Shown here piece after piece: positions 50,462-64,000 of a DNA stretch of 64,000 nt. Numbering within the stretch: the first letter of the stretch is position 1; each line of letters opens with the position of its first letter. Under the pieces are notes generated by a model that saw only the letters and a program-made list of their open reading frames with translations, was not told the DNA's origin and did no database searches. A program made the position numbers and the translations under genes. Source of the stretch: Escherichia coli (GTDB lineage Bacteria; Pseudomonadota; Gammaproteobacteria; Enterobacterales; Enterobacteriaceae); the NCBI RefSeq assembly GCF_003790525.1, contig NZ_CP033635.1. One strand, written 5' to 3'.

Positions 50462-51634
50462 ATGTTCGATTTTTCAAAGGTCGTGGATCGTCATGGCACA
50501 TGGTGTACGCAGTGGGATTATGTCGCCGACCGTTTCGGCACTGCTGACCTGTTACCGTTCACGATTTCAGACATGGATTTTGCCACTGCCCCCTGCATTA
50601 TCGAGGCGCTGAATCAGCGTCTGATGCACGGCGTGTTTGGCTACAGCCGCTGGAAAAACGATGAGTTTCTCGCGGCTATTGCCCACTGGTTTTCCACCCA
50701 GCATTACACCGCCATCGATCCCCAGTCGGTGGTGTATGGCCCTTCTGTCATCTATATGGTTTCAGAACTGATTCGTCAGTGGTCTGAAACAGGTGAAGGC
50801 GTGGTGATCCACACACCCGCCTATGACGCATTTTACAAGGCCATTGAAGGTAACCAGCGCACAGTAATACCCGTTGCTTTAGAGAAGCAGGCTGACGGCT
50901 GGTTTTGCGATATGGGCAAGCTGGAAGCCGTGCTGGCGAAACCAGAATGTAAAATTATGCTCCTGTGTAGCCCACAGAATCCTACCGGGAAAGTGTGGAC
51001 GTGCGATGAGCTGGAGATCATGGCTGACCTGTGCGAGCGTCATGGTGTGCGGGTTATTTCCGATGAAATCCATATGGATATGGTTTGGGGCGAGCAGCCG
51101 CATATTCCATGGTGTAATGTGGCGCGCGGAGACTGGGCGTTGCTAACGTCGGGATCAAAAAGTTTCAATATTCCCGCCCTGACCGGTGCTTACGGGATTA
51201 TAGAAAATAGCAGTAGCCGCGATGCCTATTTATCGGCACTGAAAGGACGTGATGGGCTTTCTTCCCCTTCGGTACTGGCGTTAACTGCTCATATCGCCGC
51301 CTATCAGCAAGGCGCGCCGTGGCTGGATGCCTTACGCGTCTATCTGAAAGATAACCTGACGTATATCGCAGATAAAATGAACGCTGCGTTTCCTGAACTC
51401 AACTGGCAGATCCCGCAATCCACTTATCTGGCCTGGCTTGATCTACGTCCATTGAACATTGACGACAACGCGTTGCAAAAAGCGCTTATCGAGCAAGAAA
51501 AGGTCGCGATCATGCCGGGATATACCTACGGTGAAGAAGGTCGTGGTTTTGTCCGACTCAATGCCGGGTGCCCGCGTTCGAAACTGGAAAAAGGTGTTGC
51601 TGGATTAATTAACGCCATCCGCGCTGTTCGTTAA
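50462..51634 (+). CDS. malY: PLP-dependent C-S beta-lyase / MalT regulator, 390 aa
   Basis: MFDFSKVVDRHGTWCTQWDYVADRFG…. Confidence 0.9.
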   Translation: MFDFSKVVDRHGTWCTQWDYVADRFGTADLLPFTISDMDFATAPCIIEALNQRLMHGVFGYSRWKNDEFLAAIAHWFSTQHYTAIDPQSVVYGPSVIYMVSELIRQWSETGEGVVIHTPAYDAFYKAIEGNQRTVIPVALEKQADGWFCDMGKLEAVLAKPECKIMLLCSPQNPTGKVWTCDELEIMADLCERHGVRVISDEIHMDMVWGEQPHIPWCNVARGDWALLTSGSKSFNIPALTGAYGIIENSSSRDAYLSALKGRDGLSSPSVLALTAHIAAYQQGAPWLDALRVYLKDNLTYIADKMNAAFPELNWQIPQSTYLAWLDLRPLNIDDNALQKALIEQEKVAIMPGYTYGEEGRGFVRLNAGCPRSKLEKGVAGLINAIRAVR

Positions 51635-51737
51635 CCCCAATTGCGCAACGTAAAAAATCGTTGCGCAATCGTGGATTTTTACCCTGCTTTGTTTTTATAA
51701 TGGTGCGCACTTTTATATCCAGAAAAAGAGTGCGACC

Positions 51738-52739
51738 ATGATTGATACCACCCTGCCATTAACTGATATCCATCGCCACCTTGATGGCAACATTCGTCCC
51801 CAGACCATTCTTGAACTTGGCCGCCGGTATAATATCTCGCTTCCTGCACAATCCCTGGAAACACTGATTCCCCACGTTCAGGTCATTGCCAACGAACCCG
51901 ATCTTGTGAGCTTTCTGACCAAACTTGACTGGGGCGTTAAAGTTCTCGCCTCTCTTGATGCCTGTCGCCGCGTGGCATTTGAAAACATTGAAGATGCAGC
52001 CCGTAACGGCCTGCACTATGTCGAGCTGCGTTTTTCACCGGGCTACATGGCAATGGCACATCAGCTGCCTGTAGCGGGTGTTGTCGAAGCGGTGATCGAT
52101 GGCGTACGTGAAGGTTGCCGCACCTTTGGTGTGCAGGCGAAGCTTATCGGCATTATGAGCCGGACCTTCGGTGAAGCCGCCTGTCAGCAAGAGCTGGAGG
52201 CCTTTTTAGCCCACCGTGACCAGATTACCGCACTTGATTTAGCCGGTGATGAACTTGGTTTCCCGGGAAGTCTGTTCCTTTCTCACTTCAACCGCGCGCG
52301 TGATGCGGACTGGCATATTACCGTCCATGCAGGCGAAGCTGCCGGGCCGGAAAGCATCTGGCAGGCGATTCGTGAACTGGGGGCGGAACGTATTGGACAT
52401 GGCGTAAAAGCCATTGAAGATCGGGCGCTGATGGATTTTCTCGCCGAGCAGCAAATTGGTATTGAATCCTGTCTGACCTCCAATATTCAGACCAGCACCG
52501 TGGCAGAGCTGGCGGCACATCCGCTGAAAATGTTCCTTGAGCATGGCATTCGTGCCAGCATTAACACTGACGATCCCGGCGTACAGGGAGTGGATATCAT
52601 TCACGAATATACCGTTGCCGCGCCGGCTGCTGGGTTATCCCGCGAGCAAATCCGCCAGGCGCAGATTAATGGTCTGGAAATGGCTTTCCTCAGCGCAGAG
52701 GAAAAACGCGCACTGCGAGAAAAAGTCGCTGCGAAGTAA
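51738..52739 (+). CDS. add: Adenosine deaminase, 333 aa
   Basis: [28 protein letters not shown]… SLNTDDP-type motif (SINTDDPGV). Confidence 0.9.
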   Translation: MIDTTLPLTDIHRHLDGNIRPQTILELGRRYNISLPAQSLETLIPHVQVIANEPDLVSFLTKLDWGVKVLASLDACRRVAFENIEDAARNGLHYVELRFSPGYMAMAHQLPVAGVVEAVIDGVREGCRTFGVQAKLIGIMSRTFGEAACQQELEAFLAHRDQITALDLAGDELGFPGSLFLSHFNRARDADWHITVHAGEAAGPESIWQAIRELGAERIGHGVKAIEDRALMDFLAEQQIGIESCLTSNIQTSTVAELAAHPLKMFLEHGIRASINTDDPGVQGVDIIHEYTVAAPAAGLSREQIRQAQINGLEMAFLSAEEKRALREKVAAK

Positions 52740-52774
52740 CAAAAATGGATGGTGCTAATTGCACCATCCTCTTT

Positions 52775-53815
52775 TCACGCAAGGCACAGCGTCGCGCGAT
52801 GTTTGGCGGATTCGATGCCCTGCTCAATCAACTCCATTACCTGGATTGCCTGACTTGCCGGAACCGGATTTTCACCATCGCCATTTAACGCATCACGAAT
52901 AGCCGCATAGTAAGCCGGATAATTCCCTGGTACTGTCAACAGCGTTTCTTCGACACGTTCCTCACCTTCCACGCGGGTAAGTACGCCATCACGCATATCG
53001 TAGCCCCAGTCTTCCTGCGGCAGACGCTCGCCATTTTTCAGACGTTCTTCCTGTGGATCGAGGCCATATTTCACATAACTGCCTCGGGATCCATGCACGA
53101 TATAACGTGCTGACTCAGCAGCTGCCAGCATGGTACCGTGTAAAATGACTCGCCGCTGCGGATAGGACAAGATGGCGTGGAAATAATCGGTCGACTGCGC
53201 TCCGGGCCGTAACTGTGCCAAATCAACCGTCATGCTGACCGGTAAACCAAATAGCGTAATGGCCTGATCAAGAAGATGCGGTGCTAAATCGTACCAGATA
53301 CCGCTGCCAGGACCGCCCTGTTCACGCCAACGATCGCGCACCTGCGGACGGAAGCGGTCAAAATGAGACTCAAAGTAAGCAACTTCACCCAGTACGCCTT
53401 CCACGAGCAAACCTTTTAGCGTCAGGAAATCGCTATCCCAGCGACGGTTATGGAATACAGACAGCACACGCCCCAGGCTTTTTGCCAGCGCTTCCAGCTC
53501 TCGCGCTTGTGACAGTGTCACGGTAAAGGGTTTATCAACGACCACATGTTTACCCGCCTCAAGCGCCGCTTTGGCTAACGGGAAATGGGTATCGTTGGGT
53601 GTAGGAATGACAATCAGGTCTATGTTGGGATCGTTAAACAGATGCTTCGGCTCAGAGACAACCGCAACCGTTGGCCAGTCGGCTTTTACTTTTGTTTCAT
53701 CGCTGCTGGAGATTACCGCCAGTTCCAGCCCGGGCGTGCCCGCAATCAGGGGCGCATGGAAGGTTTTGCTCGCATAACCATACCCAATCAACCCAACACG
53801 GATGTTGTCGCTCAT
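52775..53815 (-). CDS. ydgJ: Gfo/Idh/MocA-family oxidoreductase, 346 aa
   Basis: MSDNIRVGLIGYGYASKTFHAPLIAG… The ORF-track start at 53854 is an upstream extension. Confidence 0.8.
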   Translation of the reverse strand: MSDNIRVGLIGYGYASKTFHAPLIAGTPGLELAVISSSDETKVKADWPTVAVVSEPKHLFNDPNIDLIVIPTPNDTHFPLAKAALEAGKHVVVDKPFTVTLSQARELEALAKSLGRVLSVFHNRRWDSDFLTLKGLLVEGVLGEVAYFESHFDRFRPQVRDRWREQGGPGSGIWYDLAPHLLDQAITLFGLPVSMTVDLAQLRPGAQSTDYFHAILSYPQRRVILHGTMLAAAESARYIVHGSRGSYVKYGLDPQEERLKNGERLPQEDWGYDMRDGVLTRVEGEERVEETLLTVPGNYPAYYAAIRDALNGDGENPVPASQAIQVMELIEQGIESAKHRATLCLA

Positions 53816-54057
53816 GTCATTGCCTCTCATTGAAGTATGATGGCTATTTGACACTATCCTTTACCCTCGCTCAACAGTTTAATAACCTGCCAGCAATAAG
53901 GGATGTTGTTTAACTTAAGTCAAAAAAATAGCGAATTTTCCAACGACAAAAGCTAAATATCGCAAAAACCTCAGTAAAAATCTTGCTGGAGCTATTATTG
54001 CTAAGTAACATTTACCCCCTGAAGTTAATGGATCAATCAACAGAGATGTGGGCTGTA

Positions 54058-54183
54058 ATGAATCGTCTTATTGAATTAACAGGTTGGATCGTTCTTGTCG
54101 TTTCAGTCATTCTTCTTGGCGTGGCGAGTCACATTGACAACTATCAGCCACCTGAACAGAGTACTACGGTACAACACAAGTAA
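54058..54183 (+). CDS. blr: Small membrane protein Blr (beta-lactam resistance), 41 aa
   Basis: MNRLIELTGWIVLVVSVILLGVASHIDNYQPPEQSTTVQHK inside the longer ORF-track frame. Confidence 0.6.
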   Translation: MNRLIELTGWIVLVVSVILLGVASHIDNYQPPEQSTTVQHK

Positions 54184-54455
54184 GCTCTGCGCTTGTAGAG
54201 CGACATGCTGCCCGTCCGGGTGCATGTTTTCACTTGTCGGATATTAAACCAGGAATTTATTATCTTGTTCGATGTTGTTGGTGATTGTCAGGGATAGTAA
54301 AGCGCGTTACTCTTTTCAGAGCAGTTTTTCATCTCTGAATATTTGCCATCAGCGCATTCTTATTATTGTAATAACACACGCGTTCACTTTTGGTGAAATT
54401 TTATCATCACTAATAATACCTACTCCTTTGGTATTAATTATTTTATGGACCTTTT

Positions 54456-54671
54456 ATGACTGTTCAGGACTACTTATTAAAATTTCGCAAAATCAGTTCA
54501 CTCGAAAGTCTGGAAAAACTCTACGACCATCTTAATTACACTCTGACGGATGATCAGGAACTGATCAATATGTATCGTGCTGCCGATCACCGCCGCGCAG
54601 AGCTGGTTTCTGGCGGGCGTTTGTTTGACCTCGGCCAGGTACCGAAGTCCGTCTGGCACTATGTCCAGTAA
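54456..54671 (+). CDS. cnu: Hha-family oriC-binding nucleoid-associated protein, 71 aa
   Basis: [50 protein letters not shown]…. Confidence 0.85.
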
Positions 54672-54756
54672 AGAAAGTAGCGATCGGTTATAAAAGCCTT
54701 ATAATAACGCCCCTAAAATTAGATTTGCCTGTTTGCGTCGCTATTCTGGAGAACCT

Positions 54757-55197
54757 ATGACCACCACAACGCCACAACGTATTGGAGGCTGGTTGCTTGG
54801 CCCATTGGCCTGGCTTTTAGTCGCTCTGTTAAGTACGACGCTGGCGTTGTTGCTGTATACCGCTGCGTTATCTTCTCCGCAAACATTTCAAACGCTCGGC
54901 GGACAAGCACTGACGACACAAATCTTATGGGGCGTTTCTTTTATTACCGCTATCGCCATGTGGTATTACACACTGTGGTTGACCATCGCTTTCTTTAAAC
55001 GTCGGCGTTGTGTTCCTAAACACTATATTATCTGGCTGCTTATTTCCGTATTGCTGGCAGTAAAAGCGTTCGCTTTTTCACCCGTAGAAGATGGCATAGC
55101 CGTTCGCCAGTTGCTGTTTACTTTGTTGGCAACCGCATTGATCGTCCCCTATTTCAAACGCTCGTCGCGGGTGAAAGCGACGTTTGTGAATCCGTAA
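54757..55197 (+). CDS. ydgK: Inner-membrane protein, 146 aa
   Basis: MTTTTPQRIGGWLLGPLAWLLVALL… Precedes rsxA. Confidence 0.75.
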   Translation: MTTTTPQRIGGWLLGPLAWLLVALLSTTLALLLYTAALSSPQTFQTLGGQALTTQILWGVSFITAIAMWYYTLWLTIAFFKRRRCVPKHYIIWLLISVLLAVKAFAFSPVEDGIAVRQLLFTLLATALIVPYFKRSSRVKATFVNP

Positions 55198-55273
55198 TAA
55201 CCTTACAGTTAACCTGTTGTCGCCTGCTCTGGATTAACGGATAATAGGCGGCTTTTTTATTTCAGGCCGAAAA

Positions 55274-55854
55274 ATGACTGACTACCTGTTACTGTTTGTC
55301 GGAACTGTACTGGTCAATAACTTTGTACTGGTCAAGTTTCTCGGTCTCTGTCCGTTTATGGGGGTTTCCAAAAAGCTGGAAACCGCGATGGGCATGGGGC
55401 TGGCAACAACGTTTGTAATGACGCTGGCGTCTATTTGCGCCTGGCTTATCGATACGTGGATTTTGATCCCGCTTAATCTGATTTACCTGCGCACCCTGGC
55501 GTTTATTCTGGTGATTGCTGTGGTTGTGCAGTTCACCGAGATGGTGGTGCGCAAAACCAGCCCGGTGCTTTACCGTCTGCTGGGGATTTTTTTGCCGCTT
55601 ATCACCACCAATTGTGCAGTGCTCGGCGTGGCGTTGCTGAATATCAATCTCGGGCACAATTTCTTGCAGTCGGCGCTGTACGGTTTTTCCGCCGCTGTCG
55701 GTTTCTCGCTGGTGATGGTGCTCTTCGCCGCCATCCGCGAACGCCTCGCTGTGGCTGATGTCCCGGCACCTTTTCGCGGTAATGCCATTGCGTTAATTAC
55801 CGCAGGTCTTATGTCTCTGGCCTTTATGGGCTTTAGTGGTTTGGTGAAGTTGTA

Positions 55855-55855
<1 letters not shown>
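55274..55855 (+). CDS. rsxA: Rnf/Rsx electron transport complex subunit A, 193 aa
   Basis: [34 protein letters not shown]…. Confidence 0.9.
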
Positions 55856-58552
<2,697 letters not shown>

Positions 58553-59611
58553 ATGGTATTCAGAATAGCTAGCTCCCCTTATACCCATAACCAGCGCCAG
58601 ACATCGCGCATTATGCTGTTGGTGTTGCTCGCAGCCGTGCCAGGAATCGCAGCGCAACTGTGGTTTTTTGGTTGGGGTACTCTCGTTCAGATCCTGTTGG
58701 CGTCGGTCAGTGCTCTGTTAGCCGAAGCTCTCGTACTCAAACTACGCAAGCAGTCGGTAGCCGCAACGTTGAAAGATAACTCAGCATTGCTGACAGGCTT
58801 ATTGCTGGCGGTAAGTATTCCCCCCCTCGCGCCATGGTGGATGGTCGTGCTGGGTACGGTGTTTGCGGTGATCATCGCTAAACAATTGTATGGCGGTCTG
58901 GGGCAAAACCCGTTTAATCCGGCAATGATTGGTTATGTGGTCTTACTGATCTCCTTCCCGGTGCAGATGACCAGCTGGTTACCGCCACATGAAATTGCGG
59001 TCAACATCCCTGGTTTTATCGACGCCATACAGGTTATTTTCAGCGGACATATCACCAGTGGTGGTGATATGAACACGCTACGCTTAGGTATTGATGGCAT
59101 TAGTCAGGCGACACCGCTGGATACATTTAAAACCTCTGTCCGTGCCGGTCATTCGGTTGAACAGATTATGCAATATCCGATCTACAGCGGTATGCTGGCG
59201 GGCGTTGGTTGGCAATGGGTAAATCTCGCCTGGCTGGCTGGCGGCGTATGGTTGCTGTGGCAGAAAGCGATTCGCTGGCATATTCCCCTCAGCTTCTTAG
59301 TAACGCTGGCGTTATGCGCAACGTTGGGCTGGTTGTTCTCACCAGAAACACTGGCAGCACCGCAAATTCATCTGCTGTCTGGAGCGACCATGCTCGGCGC
59401 ATTCTTTATTTTGACTGACCCGGTTACCGCTTCTACGACCAATCGTGGTCGTCTTATTTTCGGCGCGCTGGCGGGCTTATTAGTCTGGTTGATCCGCAGT
59501 TTCGGCGGCTATCCTGACGGCGTGGCTTTTGCCGTCCTGCTGGCGAACATCACGGTTCCTCTGATCGATTACTACACGCGTCCGCGCGTCTACGGCCATC
59601 GCAAAGGGTAA
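58553..59611 (+). CDS. rsxD: Rnf/Rsx subunit D, 352 aa
   Basis: Polytopic membrane protein. Start abuts the rsxC stop. Confidence 0.9.
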   Translation: MVFRIASSPYTHNQRQTSRIMLLVLLAAVPGIAAQLWFFGWGTLVQILLASVSALLAEALVLKLRKQSVAATLKDNSALLTGLLLAVSIPPLAPWWMVVLGTVFAVIIAKQLYGGLGQNPFNPAMIGYVVLLISFPVQMTSWLPPHEIAVNIPGFIDAIQVIFSGHITSGGDMNTLRLGIDGISQATPLDTFKTSVRAGHSVEQIMQYPIYSGMLAGVGWQWVNLAWLAGGVWLLWQKAIRWHIPLSFLVTLALCATLGWLFSPETLAAPQIHLLSGATMLGAFFILTDPVTASTTNRGRLIFGALAGLLVWLIRSFGGYPDGVAFAVLLANITVPLIDYYTRPRVYGHRKG

Positions 59612-59614
59612 ACC

Positions 59615-60235
59615 ATGCTGAAAACTATCCGAAAACACGGCATTACACTGGCACTATTTGCAGCGGGTTCAACAGGGTTAACTGCGGCCATCAACCAGAT
59701 GACCAAAACGACGATTGCTGAACAGGCCAGTCTGCAACAAAAGGCGTTATTTGATCAGGTGCTGCCAGCCGAACGCTATAACAATGCGCTGGCACAGAGT
59801 TGCTATCTGGTCACTGCGCCAGAGTTAGGTAAAGGTGAGCATCGGGTTTACATCGCCAAACAGGATGACAAACCGGTAGCCGCCGTTCTGGAAACAACCG
59901 CGCCAGATGGCTATTCCGGTGCGATTCAGCTGCTGGTGGGAGCCGATTTTAACGGCACGGTACTTGGCACGCGCGTGACAGAGCACCACGAAACGCCAGG
60001 GCTTGGCGATAAAATCGAACTGCGCCTTTCTGACTGGATCACCCATTTTGCGGGTAAAAAAATCAGTGGTGCGGATGATGCGCACTGGGCGGTGAAGAAA
60101 GATGGTGGTGATTTCGACCAGTTCACCGGCGCGACGATTACTCCCCGCGCGGTGGTTAATGCGGTAAAACGCGCCGGATTGTACGCTCAGACGTTACCGT
60201 CACAACTTTCTCAACTTCCTGCCTGTGGAGAATAA
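59615..60235 (+). CDS. rsxG: Rnf/Rsx subunit G (FMN-binding), 206 aa
   Basis: [30 protein letters not shown]…. Confidence 0.9.
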   Translation: MLKTIRKHGITLALFAAGSTGLTAAINQMTKTTIAEQASLQQKALFDQVLPAERYNNALAQSCYLVTAPELGKGEHRVYIAKQDDKPVAAVLETTAPDGYSGAIQLLVGADFNGTVLGTRVTEHHETPGLGDKIELRLSDWITHFAGKKISGADDAHWAVKKDGGDFDQFTGATITPRAVVNAVKRAGLYAQTLPSQLSQLPACGE

Positions 60236-60238
60236 AGC

Positions 60239-60934
60239 GTGAGCGAAATTAAAGACGTTATTGTTCAGGGGTTGTGGAAAAACAACTCTGCGCTGGTCCA
60301 GCTGCTCGGCCTCTGTCCGCTATTGGCGGTCACGTCCACTGCCACTAACGCTCTGGGTTTAGGACTTGCGACTACGCTGGTACTGACGCTGACCAACTTG
60401 ACCATTTCGACGCTGCGTCACTGGACGCCAGCCGAGATCCGCATTCCCATTTACGTGATGATCATCGCCTCGGTGGTCAGCGCTGTACAGATGCTGATCA
60501 ACGCCTACGCCTTTGGCCTGTATCAATCATTAGGGATTTTTATTCCGCTGATTGTCACTAACTGTATCGTTGTGGGCCGCGCTGAAGCCTTCGCCGCCAA
60601 AAAAGGTCCGGCGCTTTCGGCACTGGACGGCTTTTCAATTGGTATGGGCGCAACCTGCGCCATGTGCGTGCTGGGTTCACTACGCGAAATTATCGGCAAT
60701 GGCACGTTGTTTGACGGTGCAGATGCGCTGTTAGGTAGCTGGGCAAAAGTATTACGCGTGGAAATTTTCCACACCGACTCCCCTTTCCTGCTGGCGATGC
60801 TGCCACCAGGTGCATTTATTGGCCTGGGACTGATGCTGGCAGGGAAATACCTGATTGATGAAAGAATGAAAAAGCGCCGTACTGAAGCAGCTGCCGAACG
60901 TGCATTGCCAAACGGTGAAACAGGGAATGTCTGA
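60239..60934 (+). CDS. rsxE: Rnf/Rsx subunit E, 231 aa
   Basis: [33 protein letters not shown]…. Confidence 0.9.
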   Translation: MSEIKDVIVQGLWKNNSALVQLLGLCPLLAVTSTATNALGLGLATTLVLTLTNLTISTLRHWTPAEIRIPIYVMIIASVVSAVQMLINAYAFGLYQSLGIFIPLIVTNCIVVGRAEAFAAKKGPALSALDGFSIGMGATCAMCVLGSLREIIGNGTLFDGADALLGSWAKVLRVEIFHTDSPFLLAMLPPGAFIGLGLMLAGKYLIDERMKKRRTEAAAERALPNGETGNV

Positions 60935-61569
60935 TGAACAAAGCAAAACGCCTGGAGATCCTCACTCGCCTGCGTGAGAACAATCCTCATCCCACCACCG
61001 AGCTTAATTTCAGTTCGCCTTTTGAATTGCTGATTGCCGTACTGCTTTCCGCTCAGGCGACCGATGTCAGTGTTAATAAGGCGACGGCGAAACTCTACCC
61101 GGTGGCTAATACACCTGCAGCGATGCTTGAACTGGGCGTCGAAGGGGTGAAAACCTATATCAAAACCATTGGGCTTTATAACAGCAAAGCAGAAAATATC
61201 ATCAAAACCTGCCGTATCTTACTGGAACAGCATAATGGCGAGGTTCCGGAAGATCGTGCTGCGCTTGAAGCCCTGCCTGGTGTAGGTCGTAAAACAGCCA
61301 ACGTCGTATTAAACACTGCATTCGGCTGGCCGACTATTGCTGTCGACACGCACATTTTCCGCGTTTGTAATCGTACTCAATTTGCGCCGGGGAAAAACGT
61401 CGAACAGGTAGAAGAAAAGCTACTGAAAGTGGTTCCGGCAGAGTTTAAAGTCGACTGCCACCATTGGTTGATCCTCCACGGGCGATATACCTGCATTGCC
61501 CGCAAGCCCCGCTGTGGCTCTTGTATTATTGAAGATCTTTGTGAATACAAAGAGAAAGTTGACATCTGA
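60934..61569 (+). CDS. nth: Endonuclease III (HhH-GPD, 4Fe-4S), 211 aa
   Basis: [44 protein letters not shown]… C-terminal CxxxxxxCxxCxxxxxC. Confidence 0.9.
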   Translation: MNKAKRLEILTRLRENNPHPTTELNFSSPFELLIAVLLSAQATDVSVNKATAKLYPVANTPAAMLELGVEGVKTYIKTIGLYNSKAENIIKTCRILLEQHNGEVPEDRAALEALPGVGRKTANVVLNTAFGWPTIAVDTHIFRVCNRTQFAPGKNVEQVEEKLLKVVPAEFKVDCHHWLILHGRYTCIARKPRCGSCIIEDLCEYKEKVDI

Positions 61570-62178
61570 AGAAAAGGGGTAACACCGATTACCCCATTCA
61601 TAACCTTTCTTTATCCTCTTTTAAAACATCTTTTTAACGTCAATGATGCCATTGCTTAGCGTTATCATCAGGTAATCCGTTTGTGGATAACCAAAAATGC
61701 AGGTTAATTGTTTTTTTAATAGCGAAATTTTCTATTCATTCGTGATCAAGATCACGATGCTGTGGCAATGTAAAAACATTGCAAGAACTAGGTTAAAATC
61801 ATTTAAATTTACACACGCAACAAATATTGACCTACAAAACATTACACTGGCTATTTTTCAGAAACTGGACTATCTCACTAGGAAAAACGCTAAATAGCAG
61901 AACATATCGCCGTTAAGCCATCATCCCCCTCTCAGGGTAGTGAAAAAATCTGCCGTTACGTTTTTTGAAAAATTTAACGCTGGATAACATTTCCCGGAAT
62001 GGTTGAATTCCCCGCCTCAGTTATATGTAACAGATTATTACAAAGGACTTGTCTGAAAGTGCAAGATAGTGAACATTACCTGCCGTTTCCCCTCCCACTA
62101 TAACAATTGCGCGTATGTTTTTAGGCATAACGCGAGAAAGCACCCCCGTTAATATGGGATGTAAAAAAAGAGGTAAAA

Positions 62179-63681
62179 GTGTCCACTGCAAACCAAAAAC
62201 CAACTGAAAGCGTCAGTTTGAACGCTTTCAAACAACCGAAGGCGTTCTATCTCATCTTCTCGATTGAGTTATGGGAACGTTTTGGTTATTACGGCCTACA
62301 AGGAATTATGGCTGTTTACCTGGTTAAACAACTGGGTATGTCTGAAGCGGATTCAATCACCCTTTTCTCTTCCTTTAGTGCCCTGGTTTATGGTCTGGTC
62401 GCTATCGGCGGCTGGTTAGGTGACAAGGTACTGGGTACTAAACGCGTAATTATGCTTGGCGCTATTGTGCTGGCGATTGGTTATGCTCTGGTTGCCTGGT
62501 CTGGTCACGACGCCGGTATCGTTTATATGGGTATGGCGGCTATTGCGGTCGGTAACGGCCTGTTTAAAGCTAACCCGTCTTCTCTGCTTTCTACATGCTA
62601 TGAGAAAAACGACCCGCGTCTGGACGGTGCATTCACCATGTACTACATGTCCGTCAACATCGGCTCTTTCTTCTCTATGATCGCCACCCCGTGGCTGGCC
62701 GCGAAATACGGCTGGAGTGTTGCGTTTGCGTTGAGCGTTGTAGGCCTGCTGATCACTATCGTTAACTTCGCCTTCTGCCAACGCTGGGTTAAACAGTACG
62801 GTTCAAAACCAGACTTCGAGCCTATCAACTACCGTAACCTGCTGCTGACCATTATTGGTGTTGTGGCACTGATCGCTATCGCCACCTGGCTGCTGCACAA
62901 TCAGGAAGTTGCGCGTATGGCGCTGGGCGTTGTTGCCTTCGGTATTGTGGTTATCTTCGGTAAAGAAGCCTTCGCGATGAAAGGTGCTGCGCGTCGTAAA
63001 ATGATCGTTGCCTTCATCCTGATGCTCGAAGCCATTATCTTCTTCGTGCTGTACAGCCAGATGCCAACGTCACTGAACTTCTTTGCGATTCGTAACGTTG
63101 AGCACTCCATTCTGGGTCTGGCCGTAGAACCTGAGCAGTATCAGGCACTGAACCCGTTCTGGATCATCATCGGTAGTCCGATTCTGGCCGCTATCTATAA
63201 CAAGATGGGCGATACCCTGCCGATGCCAACCAAGTTTGCAATCGGCATGGTGATGTGTTCTGGTGCGTTCCTGATTCTGCCGCTGGGTGCGAAATTCGCG
63301 TCTGACGCTGGTATCGTGTCTGTAAGCTGGCTGGTCGCGAGCTATGGCCTGCAGAGTATCGGGGAACTGATGATCTCTGGTCTGGGTCTGGCAATGGTCG
63401 CACAACTCGTTCCGCAGCGTCTGATGGGCTTCATTATGGGTAGCTGGTTCCTGACCACTGCCGGTGCAAACCTGATTGGTGGTTATGTTGCGGGTATGAT
63501 GGCTGTGCCGGATAACGTTACCGATCCGCTGATGTCACTGGAAGTCTATGGTCGCGTATTCTTGCAGATTGGTGTCGCTACTGCCGTTATTGCAGTACTG
63601 ATGCTGCTGACCGCGCCGAAACTGCACCGCATGACGCAGGATGACGCTGCAGACAAAGCGGCGAAAGCTGCTGTAGCGTAA
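62179..63681 (+). CDS. dtpA: POT-family di/tripeptide:H+ symporter, 500 aa
   Basis: …[24 protein letters not shown]… PTR2 signatures. Starts with GTG in the ORF track. Confidence 0.9.
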   Translation: MSTANQKPTESVSLNAFKQPKAFYLIFSIELWERFGYYGLQGIMAVYLVKQLGMSEADSITLFSSFSALVYGLVAIGGWLGDKVLGTKRVIMLGAIVLAIGYALVAWSGHDAGIVYMGMAAIAVGNGLFKANPSSLLSTCYEKNDPRLDGAFTMYYMSVNIGSFFSMIATPWLAAKYGWSVAFALSVVGLLITIVNFAFCQRWVKQYGSKPDFEPINYRNLLLTIIGVVALIAIATWLLHNQEVARMALGVVAFGIVVIFGKEAFAMKGAARRKMIVAFILMLEAIIFFVLYSQMPTSLNFFAIRNVEHSILGLAVEPEQYQALNPFWIIIGSPILAAIYNKMGDTLPMPTKFAIGMVMCSGAFLILPLGAKFASDAGIVSVSWLVASYGLQSIGELMISGLGLAMVAQLVPQRLMGFIMGSWFLTTAGANLIGGYVAGMMAVPDNVTDPLMSLEVYGRVFLQIGVATAVIAVLMLLTAPKLHRMTQDDAADKAAKAAVA

Positions 63682-63700
63682 AATTCAGGGAAACTCTTTT

Positions 63701-63735
63701 ACAAGCCGCTAACTTTTCGTTAGCGGCTTTTTTTT
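63701..63735 (+). terminator. Rho-independent terminator after dtpA (AAGCCGCTAAC…GTTAGCGGCTTTTTTTT)
   Basis: Perfect hairpin plus T8. Confidence 0.55.
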
Positions 63736-63785
63736 GTTCAGCAACGCACTACCATACTTTAAACCACAGACAAAAGGAGTTACCG

Positions 63786-64000
63786 ATGAAATTGTTCTAC
63801 AAACCGGGTGCCTGCTCTCTCGCTTCCCATATCACCCTGCGTGAGAGCGGAAAGGATTTTACGCTCGTCAGTGTGGATTTAATGAAAAAACGTCTCGAAA
63901 ACGGTGACGATTACTTTGCCGTTAACCCTAAGGGACAGGTGCCTGCATTGCAGCTGGACAATGGTACTTTGCTGACGGAAGGCGTAGCAATTATGCAGTA
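63786..64000 (+). CDS. gstA: Glutathione S-transferase, N-terminal 71 aa (3' end lies outside the window)
   Basis: [57 protein letters not shown]…. Confidence 0.85.
   Translation, partial: MKLFYKPGACSLASHITLRESGKDFTLVSVDLMKKRLENGDDYFAVNPKGQVPALQLDNGTLLTEGVAIMQ

Overview
This window is a contiguous, largely ordinary Escherichia coli K-12-like chromosomal segment. I recognise the genes from their translated products. The core order is ynfF (3' part)-ynfG-ynfH-dmsD, clcB, ynfK, mlc, ynfL, ynfM, asr, ydgU, ydgD, mdtI-mdtJ, tqsA, pntB-pntA, ydgH, ydgI, folM, ydgC, rstA-rstB, TerB-tus, fumC-fumA, manA, ydgA, uidC-uidB-uidA-uidR, hdhA, malI, malX-malY, add, ydgJ, blr, cnu, ydgK, rsxA-B-C-D-G-E-nth, dtpA and the start of gstA. 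The one accessory feature is an insertion of about 11.4 kb (about 12287-23728) that splits the AI-2 exporter gene tqsA into a 5' stub and a 3' fragment. Both junctions end in the same 9-bp TGCTGTTAT. The insert looks like an integrative phage satellite (a PICI-like or capsid-forming satellite). It carries a P4-family tyrosine integrase next to attR, an AlpA-like regulator, an Arc-like RHH repressor with a perfect palindromic operator, and a primase/replication-initiator gene followed by an iteron-type origin. It also carries an SSB, lambda gpE-like major capsid and gpD-like decoration genes, a Nu1-type small terminase gene and two PerC-family paralogues. Two lambda-type cosQ-cosN copies lie in inverted orientation on either side of the Nu1-like gene, and only one of them carries a three-R-site cosB. 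There are several small unknown ORFs and an ORF-less left arm of about 1.1 kb with paired GATAGT stem-loops. No CRISPR array, rRNA or tRNA is visible. Gene names come from recollection of K-12 protein sequences matched by eye, with no database search.
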